Program-made: the position numbers and the translations under genes
Notes under the pieces: model-generated
The model's database searches: none
Told to the model about the DNA's origin: nothing
Seen by the model: the letters and a program-made list of their open reading frames with translations, nothing else
Assembly (NCBI GenBank): GCA_021613535.1
Contig: CP075495.1
Span: 12,834,001-12,898,000, forward strand
Direction: 5' to 3'
DNA from: Adineta vaga
Lineage: Eukaryota > Animalia > Rotifera
Length of the DNA: 64,000 bases
Shown: positions 44,004 through 58,254 of the stretch, in pieces
Layout: every line of letters starts with the position of its first letter
Position numbering within the stretch: position 1 is the stretch's first letter

Positions 44004-47000
44004 AAATGGATCTATAAAGAATAAAAATACAGGTGTTTCTCAAGAGAATCTATAGTCTATTTTTATATGAGAAAAATCTTTTTTTTCCGAAACACTTGTA
44101 TATCTTACTACATTGGAGAGAAAAGATTCTAACAAGGTAAATGTCTCATGAGATAGATATGTAGACATAAAGAATTTTCTTCTTGTTTCTATTGGTCTAT
44201 AGAGACATATTACTTACCGTATGGATTCGACGGTTGAGAACAAAATTCGATTCCAGTAGCAGCACCGATTCGTCTTTGACGATTATTTGTGTCACGTCGA
44301 GCCACCGTTCAATAACTCCAAGATAAATTGTTTCGATATAGTTTTATTTTATATCGAATGTGTAATAATATCCAATAAATCTATTTCTATCTAAAATGGA
44401 CCAATAGGGATATGAAATAAAATAAATAAATAATAAACCATTGATATCTCTAATACATTTCACTCGAGGGAACTACTCATAGGTTTTCCTTGAAATTAGA
44501 TCTACATTGGTTCGTTTTCAAATCTTCAAATATCAATAACATCTATATTGATATTTGATCTAATTGATTAGAAATAGAGAAAAAAAAGAAAAATTCACCA
44601 ATAGAATTTCTAATCCAGTACCGTATGTTCTGTTTTATATATTCGTATGACATGTAATGTTATTTTGCTTCTTTCTTGATTCTCATCGAGAGACTTTGGG
44701 TACCAATGGGAGATTGAAGAATCGAGAGAACGACTGTGTATGAGTTCTCCTACGAGACCTTACGCGCCGTAGCAAAGAAGAAAGACAAGGGAATTTGTAA
44801 AATGAAACGATTAATCTGTTTTTCATCGTAGATCGCAAGAAGAGAAAGAGCCAGAGAGAGAGAGGGAGAGGGAGAGGGAGAGAGAAACATAGAAAAAAGA
44901 CGAGCGCGTGAAAAGGTCAAAATGATGGAGAGAAAATCCTTTTTCTCATCGTTGTCGCCGTTTTTTTTCCTCTTCTTTTCCTAGTTAGAAACAAGTTATG
45001 TTTTCCTTCCTTCCTTTCTGTATCTTTTTTTGCGCTACGAGACGAGCCAATAAGAAAAAACGATAAAACACAAGCCAATTCCCGATTGGTGCCAAGAAAA
45101 TGATCATGATCAACATCCATACTTACGAGCAACTCATTTTTCATCGACAGGGCGTGCAAAGACCGACTTTTTGCTTGCTTCCTCATCTTTTGCAGATGAT
45201 GATATAAGGAGAAAACATCGGAATATAAGAGAGAGAGTACGTGTGATCGTTGTTCCACTCAATCAGACGCTTTTTCTTTTTCTTATATCTTTAGAGAAAT
45301 CAACTAGACAAGGGAATTCTTCTTACTACTTTTTAACGGCAAAAAAAAGAAAAAGGGGCGACTAAAAACCGACAATAGTCATTAATGTGTGCGTGTGTGT
45401 AAAAGAGCAAATCAACATATATGATTAGAATGAAAGAGCAAGAGCGCAGGCAAAGAAAAAAGGAGAGAGAGAGGGGAAAACCAGTGAATGTTTGATGAAT
45501 TTCAACGTTTATCGGAAAAGAAAAAGTCGTCTTCTCAAAAATGATTATGATACATACGTTATTTTCATGATACAGACAACATATATCGCAAATGATCATT
45601 TTTATGACTCCTCAGAGTCCTCCATAGGAGTTCGATTAATGTTCACATTTTGTACTGCACATGCTAGTTCTTATCTTTCTGTGTGTGTGTGTGTGTGTCT
45701 CTCTCTCTGTCTTGTTGAGAGATGAATAAGTAAAAAGACAAATCAATCGATGATATTAATGATAATTGTTTTTTCCCTTCTTTTTTTTCCAACGAATCCA
45801 ATTGTCAAAATAAAACAGTTGAACAGGTGTGGTGTTTCAATGTGAAAAAAAACCGTGCGTTGAATTCAATGACACATTTCCGTTTGATTACAGTTCTCTT
45901 CATTTTTTTCGGATATATTCATCAACAACATCAGAGAAAGATGAGTAAAACTTGTCAAAAGATTAGATGCGCCTGATCAGAATCAGTTGTTTCTTCTTCT
46001 CCTGCTTTTTCAGACTGTTTAAAAGATCAGTTTTAACTCAAATTTAAATTTATGCAGCAACAGTCACACCATTTATGAACGTAAGAAGATATGACAAGTG
46101 ATGAACGAAAGATTTCAATCAAGCACACAGCTCCACACATACATATTGCATCATGTTTCACTAAAATTTGATCGTATCGAAAATTTCCGTTCTAGTCAAT
46201 CAAGCAGATTGTATATGGCTATGAGTTCACTGTTTTTTTTTGCTTTTACATCTTTGAATTGAAAACAGTGAATCAAAACAAAAATTTTTTTAATACAAGA
46301 TGCAAAAAAAAATTTATTCATAGAAAATTCTTATTTCTCATGAAAAGAACAATGTAATTGATTGTTTTCGAGTGATCTCCATTGGTTTGTTTATGTATGA
46401 TGATGATAGATACTCAACAATATATATATCAAACTATCGGATTACATTAGTCACAGTATGAAGCTTTCTGCTTGTTCAATGTCCATACATATATTTAAAA
46501 GTTAATTTAAGAATAACATCAAGACCTCCGTTTGTTACATCATGGTGCACTTGTGATCTTCAAAGAAAGAAGATAGACCCCCTGTTTATGTTAACTACCT
46601 GCTTGAAACGAACGTTGTTGTCGTCAATGAGAAACAAGCAACTATCTATTTCTTTTCTGTCTCTGTCTAACAATATGCCGCCGACATCATCTAGCTTGAA
46701 ATAGACAATCATCATACGAAGCACCTTACACAATCGTAAACATTTATCTTGTCTTTCTGTAGACAATCGATTCCAGTAACATAAAGAATTAATGATGATT
46801 AGATTCTCTAGATGTTTTCTTTTATCTTGCTGTTTCGATTTCGATTTGAAACAAACAGCAACAAAAAGAACAAGAATCGATTAATAATTTATCTTCTTTT
46901 TATTTTGCGGTGACTTATCATATCATTCAAACGAATATCGATCTCCATCTGGTTACAAAATGAAAGAATATTTTGACAAATTACTCTTTCTTTTCATTCG

Positions 47001-47756
47001 TTCGAATGATAATTTGGCTTTGAATTATAATTGTTGATTATGTTGTAGTACAAGAATTTCATTACTCAAGACAATTGTCTGTTCTCCAAAGATTTGACGA
47101 TGTGAATAGGATATATAATTAAAATATTGAGGTTGATTCATCTGATTGTTCATTAATGAAAGTCATATATAGAATAAAATGTACATGAATTAAGATATTT
47201 TCTAAGTGTACGTGTTCATGATTGATTTTCTAATCATTAAAATGCTTTTGCTCTTTAATTTATTTTGTCACTTACTTGAGAAAATGGAAGTTTTCTTTTC
47301 TAATTATTATCATATCCTACTTATTCATGTCTTAACACGAATAATTCTCTTAAAATTATGACGTGACTTACGAGCATTTCTCTCCATCTACTTCAAATTA
47401 ACAATTTCTTTTTCGAGCTCCTCTACATTGGCAATGATCTATCAATCATCATTCTTCTATCGTTTGTTCGTTCGTTTTCTTTTTCTTTCTTTTACTTTCT
47501 TAGAACATATTTTCTTCTTGTTTTGCAAATATATAACATAATTTCATTACTCCTTTTTTTCTCCTTTTACATATTTCTTTTGCATTTCATCTTGAGGGTG
47601 TGACGATTACAAAGAACGACAATACATCTGTGTTGCTTTCAGCATCGTTCTCGTTCGAGAAAACAATAACTTAAGCAGTCCTGAAAAGTAACAAAAACAT
47701 ATTGAAATTTTGATTGTTCACATGTTTTATACGAGATTTTCATAAAAAAAAGCATC

Positions 47757-48894
47757 ATGCAAGACGTTACACCATCTCCTATCCTATTAGAACGAAATGG
47801 TCATGATTCGAAAATTACAGATGTTGATTATGGAATAGAATCAAGATCGCATACACTTGCAAATGGAAAATATCGACGCCTGTCGCGTCAAGAAGCCTTT
47901 CGTCAGACCAGTCATAAACAACATAAGAAGCCAGATCATCCACCATTAATACCTGATCATGAGAATAACTGGGAAGGATTGATGAAAGTAAAAATAAAAA
48001 TCATACTTTTTTTTATTTATTCTTACGAGACAAGTAATTTGCTTAGGATGTTCCAGATTTTGATGCTTTTGATATTCCTTTGAATATGTTTGTGAAAGAA
48101 AATTTTCCACGACCTGTAGTACGTGATATGAATTCTGTTGGACAACGACGAACTTCTGAATCACTTGATGTGAAAGAAAAAGATTCATTATCCGATGCTG
48201 AATTAGTAGAATATTTTGCAGAACGGTAGAGTATTATTTAAGTTTTTTGATAAGCATACATCAAAGATTGCTTTTTAGAATGCGTCAACTTCCACTGAGG
48301 TATGGTTTTAAAAGTCCTGAACGATTTAATATATTACAAAAAGCAATGTCTATGAATCATGACAAGGTATAGATGATATACTAAAATTTTCATAAAATTC
48401 TATTTGTTTTCTTCTCTCCTAGAATACTAATTCAAGACATAATCAATTTGGAAGACAGAATTTATATAAAAGTCTTTCTCCTACGGAATCGATTAAATCA
48501 GGGTAAAATTTTGTATTATTGATTTAGTTTCTAATGAATTGTTTATTTTTCTTCAATTACTTATAGAAGTAATTCTTTCAAATCAAAACATAAACGAAAA
48601 GTTATTCTTCCAGTAAGTTCTTTTATTTTAAAGAAAATAAGTTGCTTTTTTCAATGTTTGAAATTGTTAATTTAGAAAATTGATTCTACATCAGACCATC
48701 ACAAATATCAAACAAGTATGAATGGTCCAGTCATAACATCTTCATTTCGAAGTAATACCGAACGTTTTCCAAAGAAATTAGGAAAAAATATTCCTGGTCC
48801 GGGCATGTATGATAGAGTAATTGGCCTTCCCACTCAAAAACAAGTTGGTTCATATCTGTCACGTGGAATCTATTTCAATTCGAGCTTTTCATAA
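47757..48894 (+). CDS. Protein with a C-terminal SHIPPO/STPG (PGPGxY) repeat, STPG4-like; probably ciliary; about 6 exons
   Basis: Continuous spliced frame. The last exon reads ITSSFRSNTERFPKKLGKNIPGPGMYD...GIYFNSSFS*, which fits the S.F.S...RF.....PGPG.Y pattern. Confidence 0.6.
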
Positions 48895-49550
48895 ATCAAT
48901 TCACTAGCTTTTTGAGTATTTTTTGAATATTTCATCTCCTTATTTTCTTATTTGTATGTATGCATTTTCAACAACTAGTAACGAATGACGTTCATTGAAA
49001 ATAAAAGATTCATTTTGCAATTGTGCGATTTGTCATCGAACTAAATAAATAGTTGCCTATATAAACAATCGGATAGATGAAATATTTTAGGTGCGTTTTT
49101 TTGCTGACGTAATCGATCGAATGACACCGATCGTTTTAAATAAATATTCAGTAAAAAAGAATTCTTTCTTGTCAAAGTTCAAAATGAAAGTTTTTTTTTT
49201 ATTGATGTTTGACAGTGTAAAGAAAGAAACGACATAGGATTTCTTTTAATCAAGATGAAGTATTTAAAAAATAGGGTGTCGATCGGTTTTATAAGATGCT
49301 CATTAATAAAATGAGTGATTGTTTGTTCGTTATAATTGACTTTAGATTTTTTTCTCATATACTTCGCGGTAAATTCTAAAGTTCATCAATCTGAAACCTA
49401 TCGAAGATGTTTAAAAATAATTTATGCTATTAACATTACATCGTATTGAAGTAGAATTCTGATGTGAATTTTAAATGTACATTAATACATAATTGTAACA
49501 GAAAAAACCAAAATACTACACAAAAGAAAATAGGTAATTCGATATTTGCA

Positions 49551-51185
49551 TCATGGACTATCGTCCCACCATGAGACAATATCCATAGGTGATCGAGGTA
49601 CATCACCAGCAACACTACTTATATGACTATCTATTGTTAGCATATGTTGTCCATCATCAGGAGATGACCATGATTGATAATAATAACCAGTATCTGTTGG
49701 ATTATTTCTTGAACGAATATTGTCAACTCTTTGATCATCATCATTATGCATAGTAAAATCGTCATCAATAAATGCGTCAAGATTTGGTACAGCAGCTGTA
49801 GCTTCGGCAATATCCTCTGATGACCATGTTACAGTACATGAAGTATGATCATTTCGATGAAAAAAATTATGTTCTAGAGCTCGATTAGCTGTTGGACGAA
49901 GAGTTTGTTTGAATGAAAGTAGTGACTGCGAAGAAAATGAATTGCATAGTTCCATGCTTCATGTATAAATAGGCAATCAAAAGAAACTTACTCGAAGTAG
50001 ATCAAAAGCACAACTATCTGAAAAGCGAACAAGTCGTTCAAGGGTAATAATTGGTTGAGAATAATTTTCAAATGCTTGTCTTCCAATGGGAGACTCTTGT
50101 GGCCAATCATTGTCACTTGGTAAACCCATTAAACTAAAAGATTATGTGTAAATGACAATATTTCAATTTCAACGATATTCTATTATAATTGAAAATAAAA
50201 ACATATTACTTACAGAATAATACGACGTAATTGACGAGTTTCAGATTTTGCAGAAAACAATGGTCGACCTATTGCCATTTCACCAAGAATACATCCAACG
50301 CTCCACATATCAGCTGAAGTACAATATGGTGATGCAAGAAGGATTTCCGGTGCTCGATACCACATAGTTACGACCTAAATATCCAAAATATATCCTTACG
50401 AATTGAAAATTTCTAATCAATATTTTACCACAGTAGTAAACACTTTGTGTTCATGATATTCTCGAGCCAAACCAAAATCAGCTAATTTCAGTATACCTAT
50501 GAAAATAAATTTATTCGTTCAGAATCGAACAGTGTTTTTTTTCTTCAAACTAACCATTATTAGTAATAAGAATATTTTGTGGTTTGATATCACGATGGAA
50601 AATCGAGTGACTATGAAGAATTGACACAGCTGTTAATAATTGTTGCGTAAAATCCTAAATAGTATCACAAATCATCGATATCATAAGTCCTGTCGAGTAG
50701 AAAACAAAATACAAACTCGAATTTGATCAATATGTAAAGGATGATATAATTTAAGGTGACGTTCAAGATCTCGTTCCACATGTTCAAAAATAAAATAAAT
50801 ATTTTGACGATCAATACTTGATTGTTCACTAAATACTTCTTTCAATCTAAATAGATATAACTATAGACGAAATTTTCTAAAGTTAAATTTCTTCTTACCG
50901 AATTAAATTATCACTATCAACTTTTCCAAGTCTTTTTAACAGAGCAGCTTCACGAATTACAGAAGCTGGTAGACCTTCACGAGTACGCAACATACTCATC
51001 TTTTTGATAGCAACCGTTTCATTAGTTGTTGCATTTCGACTTTTAAATACACATCTACGAGAAGAAAAACAATTTTTAAGAACAACAGTTTCTTTCATCA
51101 AAAACTAGTCTTACCCATAAGCACCTTGTCCAATAATTTCTCCAAGTTCATAAACATCTGATTTAACAAGAAGGAATCTAGCCAT
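49551..51185 (-). CDS. Cyclin-dependent kinase, CDK4/6-like, with an acidic C-terminal extension
   Basis: [22 protein letters not shown] (PSTAIRE-equivalent helix), FEHVERDL hinge as in CDK4/6, [32 protein letters not shown] and DMWSVGCI. Confidence 0.88.
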
Positions 51186-51596
51186 AAAGATTCAAGTCAT
51201 ACATGCACAAACACACACACAGACACGCACGTTCAAACTGCCGGACACGAATTTTGTTTAACAACAGCAAGTGAAAGAATAGGATAATATCGATGAACTT
51301 TTGTTGAACGAAACAAAAATATGATGACGTATAGAATAAGAAAACACAATAGTGTGAAGCGAGGTGAACATTTCTCTTCTTCTCGGTCATTCGCTAAGAA
51401 ATCGATACACATACAACAAATAATAAATATACAATGCTCGTTCATCATTTGAATTTTCTTTCGAAAAATTATTCATATATTTGATCAGCCATGTCGCATT
51501 CTACAATATGTATTAACAAAATATTAATAACAAAAGTAACAAATTATATCTCAAAAACACCAAACTATATAGAAAAAAAGGAATGATTTCATAGTA

Positions 51597-54160
51597 TTAT
51601 AAAAAATATGATTTCATATCTTTAAAAATTAATGTTTCATTGTAAGAAAAAAACGACCATTGTTGAGTTTTACTTGTTTGATTGCATCGTTCCATAAAAA
51701 TCTGTTTACTTTCTAGATCGCAATCTAAACATAAACGTGTTGATACATGAATAATATGAAAAGACTTGAAATCATAGGCAAAATGTTGATTGCCACGCAT
51801 TCCTATTTATAAATAATATTGATATAGAATATGAAGAAAGATACAATAAACTTGTATATTACCATGACAACTAAATAATACAATCGGTGTGCGTTTTTCT
51901 TGTTTAGGCACATCAAAACATACTTCACGTCCCATTGGTCGAATATCTTGACGCCAACTAAGTTCAAATTGCTAGACAAATCTCACTAAGAATATTTCAT
52001 TAAAATCAAAATAATATTTTACTTGTTCACCACTTCGATCACGATGATCTCTAAGACATTGATCAAGACCAAATGAAGCATGTTCACCTCCATATTTCGT
52101 ATCTATACAGAGAGGATTTGCCATACTTCGAATCTATATTAAATCATCGAATACAATCTATTTTAAAATCAATAATCTTCATTACTTCTCCTGTAGCATA
52201 GGGAGGTAATGGAACCGGTGGATAATATTGAGGTAAGTCAAATGCAACATGTTCCATAAACCTATAAAATTAAAAACAGCAGATAGATTACTATTATGCA
52301 AGAATATCATATTGAATTGAGTACCATTTGAATGGTTTACACTCTAATTTCTTTCGTAATGCAAGTTGTTTTTCAATATTTCCTGGATCTAAATTTCTAT
52401 ATATAGAAAAAATAGATAAAATGAACAGAAAATAAACAATGTTTTACTTCATATGTGGACTACGTTTATAAATATATTCTGCATATTCATCCATCCAAAC
52501 AGCAGCAACACGTTTATGATTCTAGAATGAAGGAAAAAAGATTCCAATATGTTGTTGATGCACCCTTCATCGACATGTTTACTTACTCTGGATAAAAAAT
52601 CACCGAAAGTATAACCACCATGTGGATTAAATTGCCGATAAATATGTCCCACTCGAGAACATGGAGCATCCAGTAAACGTCCACCACATTGCCAAATTTT
52701 AAATGAAAGTTCATATTGTTCACCACCCCAAATATCGAGACCTTCATCATAGCCACCTAATTCCCAGAACCATTTTTTACTTATAGCAAAAAGACCACCA
52801 GCCATAACAGGATTACTACAAAGAGTGATTTTCATACGAGAAATACTTGCTTTTCTTGTCAATCATCTTACTCAAATGGTTCTGATGGATTTTGTGACTG
52901 TGCCGGTAATAACGGTAATCGTTTATAAAACATATTCCAATCAAAAGCACCACGAGCTCCTAAAGATTGAGAATACCATGAGTGATTCGTAAATCGATCA
53001 TTTTATTTTTTTTCTAACCTTCATCCTGAGCAATATAAGCAAAATTTTCCCATTTAATAATATCAATAAATGGACAAACACTTGTTTTATAATTCAATGC
53101 AATTGGTTCAATCAATGGTGGTAACCAATTGATATTTACTTCGATATGTGAATCAAAGAAAATAATAACTTCACCTTTTGCTTCACGTGCACCTGCTATT
53201 CTTGCACGAACTAACCCTTCACGTTTTTTAAGACGAATAACGCGCGTCTTTTTCAAAGTTAAAAGACGTTCATCAAGAGCACCTTTCAATTCGTCTAAAC
53301 ATAAAACAATGAAATTTCTTAGTTTTATCTCATTGAATTAGTACCTTTACGGCTATCATCATCAACAAGTATGATTTCTGCTAAAAGTTGAGTAGGCGTA
53401 CGATTTAATATACTATGTATCATTCGAATTAATGTTGTTAAATGTTCATCATGAACAGGAACAACAATACTAACCTAAAGGAAAATATTCGAATTAATAG
53501 GAAATATAAATTCTCATATTGAATCATACTGTTGGTAATTCAGCGATATATAATCGTTTTTTACAACTAAAATAAAGTATTTTTAAAATATGAGATATAA
53601 TTATATGTAGGAATGAATTTTCTAAATACTCAGGATGACGAATATCTTTCAATGAACGATCTAATGAAATATTATTTGAAATAAATGCATTAAATCCATT
53701 TGCACGATAAAGTCGACTGAATTCTGCACTGCTCCGTTCTTGTGCACTAGGTTCTACACCAGCACCACCTTCACCTATGCCTAATCAATAAGGAAAGAAT
53801 ATTACCAAATAAATTCAAAGAAAAAAGTTAAGAAAAACTTACCTGTTCGAGCATTTTCACGAGCGATCAAATCATAATCATGCCAATCAATTTTTTTCAA
53901 TTGTTTCCCATCAATGTCATAGTTTCTTCTCGTACAGATTGAATATGTATTTTCTTTGTCATTATTTCATCAAGTAATAGTTTCTTTGCCGTCGTTGTTT
54001 TAAATAATATTTCCTTATTAAAAATATTTACATCTTTCTCAATTAAACGATTATCATCTTTTGTTAAATTATCTGCATAACCATTTAGAAAATAAATAAT
54101 TAATAAAATCGATACAATCGATATGAGTAATAACCGATTTCGACGAAATCGAATCGACAT
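51597..54160 (-). CDS. Polypeptide N-acetylgalactosaminyltransferase (GT27), GALNT10/GLY-10-like
   Basis: Type [100 protein letters not shown], and a ricin-type lectin C-terminus (CHGMRGNQ, QQW). Confidence 0.95.
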
Positions 54161-54249
54161 TATACATTAATTTATTTCATATCTGAAAACAGAATGTGTT
54201 CAATATCAAATCAAGATGTTGTTTATTTTGAAGAAAAAGAAACAGATGA

Positions 54250-54741
54250 TTATTTTTTGCCTTCAACCATAATAATATGATAGCCAAATTTTGTTTTAAC
54301 AAGAGATGATATCACAGGTTTAGCTAATGTGCTAACAGGTAGAGCAAAAGCTGCATCCTGAAATTCACCAACCATTGACCCACGTGTCATCCAACCAAGA
54401 TCACCCTAGATTGAGATTCGAACAGCTAGATCACTACTATAGTATCAATGAGATTATTTCTTACTCCATGTCGAGCTTTATCTTCGGAATAAGTTCGTGC
54501 AACTTCATCAAATTTCATACCACCATTGATTTTCTCTAAGGCTTCTAATACTTTGGATTGTTTTTCACACAGAATATGTCGAACCTTGAATAATAATTTT
54601 AATCGATATTTATAAATATTTTATTCATATATAAATATCTACTTTGACTGATGTACCACCTTTACTACCACCACCACCTGATGCCTCACCCGAATCACCA
54701 TCAGCAGATGCTCCTTTACTTTTACCCTTTTTTCCAGACAT
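54250..54741 (-). CDS. PIN4: Parvulin-type peptidyl-prolyl isomerase PIN4/Par14, 3 exons (not in the ORF track)
   Basis: [10 protein letters not shown]...[66 protein letters not shown]...[16 protein letters not shown]. Confidence 0.96.
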
Positions 54742-57700
54742 ATATTTTTATTGATATTGTCAAATCTTTCAAATTAATTTTACAATGACAGACAAAAAAT
54801 CAAAAAAAGTGCAGCATACAATAACGAGTGAAACGGATTTGTTCGTTTGACTAATCAATAAAAAAGAGTGTGTCAGAAAGAAAACATAAAATATGCGAAT
54901 GTTAGCGACATCCCATTTTTTAAAGTCATGATACAAAACGAAATATATGTTATACATTTAAACATCGAGATAACAATAAGAAACTCTTAGTCATCTCTCT
55001 CTCTTTCAATATTATTCGTATAAATAATCAATTTCAACTCGCTGATATTTATGTGCGTATATTCATTCAACAGTTGAAATGACTCTTGATATGATATACG
55101 ATTCTGTTCAAAGGAAAAAATGATTGATTCTTCATATATGCATTGATGATCATTGAATGAAATGAAATCGATTTCATTAAATTTCTCTTTCCATTTTTTG
55201 TTCTCAAGATGAACTAAAGTTAGAAAAAAAAAGATGAGAGTTGTTGAAATAATTATTTGCACAGACGCGTGTCCTTCATACTACTACACTCAATGTCATA
55301 TGTGTACATTCACATCAATGACTTCGAACTCATTTCGAAGACAAAACAGACCATTTCTATTGAACATTCTTTCTGATTAGACGACAGACAGAGACAACGT
55401 CAGTATTATACATATATAGAACGTTATCATTATCGTCTAGAACAGATGTATGTCTGTATATATACTCGCTGATATAATAATATGTAAGAAGATACTTTAA
55501 ATAACTATTACATATTCTTATGACGACTGTCATCGTATAACTATTAATCCATTCAAGCTAATATGTTAAATATCATTTTCTCTTTTCTTCTTCTTGAGTA
55601 TATATATATATATATATATATGTACATGTATAACAACATATGATCAATCGAAATGATCTCAAAGAGAAAGAATGCTTTCTCACTATGCATAGATTTATAT
55701 ATATTCACATTGTTATGTGACAAATTGTATATTTATAGAAGTACAAGTTATTTGATGAGCACTATATTCGTATGACGACATTTTCGACAAGATCATTGTC
55801 ATTAAATATAAGTAAGTTATAAGTATGTTGTGATTTTATGACAATAAAATTGTAGTCATAAAAGGATTTCTTGTAGTAAAGATTTTTCATTTTAGTTTTC
55901 TTTTTCACTTATCAAATTTCAATGTATAATCTTTGAGAGTTTTTCATCAATGTAAGAGAATATCTATTATTCTCTTTCTGTTACCTTAACAATCGTTGTT
56001 CATATAATGCGGTCATTTTATTTTACTGAATCATACGCTTAATAGCAACAGCTTGAATTCCTATTCTGAATTTTTCTTTCTTCTTCTGTTCATTTTTGAT
56101 CTGTTGTCAGCCTGTAGGAGTTCTAGTTCGAAATAATTACTTTAAAGTACAAATAGCATCAGTGAATACAATGGGACATGATGTAATAATGCTTTTCTCT
56201 TTTTCTAGTTTGCATAAAAACAAAAAAGAGAAAAAAAGGAGTCGTCAGATTGACGTAGTTCGTTATTATCCGTGAGTATGCATACGAGATGTCATATGTA
56301 CAAGGGACATACATATAGAAAAGTATGTATTTGTAAACATCTTCACTAGATATTATATAATCATCATTGACTGATGTATAAGGAGTTGACCAAATGGTAC
56401 ATTGTATTCTCGTAATGTTGATGTGATCTTTTTATTTTAACTGAGACTGACAAGTCATAGTGTAGATTCAATGTTATAACGAAACATTCAATTCCTTTGA
56501 TGCCATTAACCACTCTCCAAGGTCTGTTGCATTTCTCTCTCTCTCTCTCTCTCTCGTGTACGTGTGACATCATCATATCATATATGTCTAAATATATATG
56601 TATGGATGTAATAATCAAATCTTTCAATAGAGTATTCATTCTAGGTCAGATTGGCAGTCAGTAAGCAGAGACAATAATCTCATATCATACATATCCAAGT
56701 ACATAGAGACGCACGTACATTATTGAAGGCGGCTAAACATGAAACAAATAGAGAGACGAGACATTGAAAAGAATCACTTTTTAGTGTTTGAAGATAGAAG
56801 CAATGATGATTGTCAAGTCTAGAAAATGAATAAAGCATGTTGACAGATGTTTTGAATGACAAAAAAAAGAGAAGAAAAAATATTTTAAGAAAGAAAAAAT
56901 TTCGTGTTATTAAATTTGATCATATGTCAGTCATCTCAAGTGACTAAATGATGTTAATTTATCAACTTATAGTTTTTTTTCTTCTTCTTTCTATATAAAC
57001 GTGCACACCTACGAAATCAGATATGTCGTTTTGTTCAATTTTCTTTCCTATATCTCGTTTGAGAACCTTTTTTTCTCTTATTGACGAACAAAAGAAAATC
57101 ACCTTGATGTGTTGAGAGTCTTCTCCCATCGGCATTTGCTTTTATTCATACGATCGATGAACAAGTACTACATATTCTCGTCCACCATACCGATACTGGT
57201 TCAAAAACGAGAAACGATGAAAAAAAAGAGAGAAAGAAAAAGTGACAATGAGTGTTTCGATGAAGAATCACGATTGGTAACCGTCTCTATCATCATCCCT
57301 AAGGCATTTACACTATATATGTACATACGAAAGTTTATTCGTGTTTCTTTGATGTAATAATCATTTTTTTTTAATATCACCTGAACAATTTTCGACTTAT
57401 TTTCTTCATCTTATACTGTACATATATATATATTATACGTACGTATACAAAGTGATTTCATCATACATCATCTAATACTAACGATTGTTCGAATGTAATC
57501 ATATCGATTTGAATTCTTTTTTTTATATAAACCATATGAAATAACCTTCTGTTTTTTATCATAGTTTACTATACTATACCACACTGTCCTATTTTACCAT
57601 ACAAATACGTCCATCTATTCATATGAACGTATTCATCTGACATGATGAAATGATATCAATCATTAACACATACATATCGTTAAGAAGACGAAAAGAGTTT

Positions 57701-58254
57701 GTTCTCTCTCCCTCTCTCTATCCTTCGCCGAAGGTTATCAAATTATTACTATTACTGCTAAGACTATACACATTTGTGTTTAATCGAACCATCTTGATCA
57801 TCTATAAGAATTTTGACGGCAAATGATAGGGGACAAGAAACACAAAGAGGCGAGAAGGTGGGAAGTAACCAAAGTTCATTTTTGATGAGTATACATGAAC
57901 AAAAAATTTGCTTCTCCATTCAATGATCATCCTTTTCACCATCATCAACAACATTGAGTTATACACACTGAATAAATGGTGATGAATGAAGAGAATGAAG
58001 GACAGAGTACATATATACATATCATACTATTGTTAGTACAAATAAATAGCAAATGTGAGAGAAAGAGAAACCATAATTTTTATGGATGTATGCATGCATA
58101 TATGCGACATATTTGAGAGTCTTGATATATATATATATATATATATATCAATGTAATATTTATTTTCATTGTTCGTAGTTTTTCTATTACATTGAAATTC
58201 TAAGGTTTTCAATTTGACTTTGGATTTTTTTAGTTATTATAAATAATTGATATC

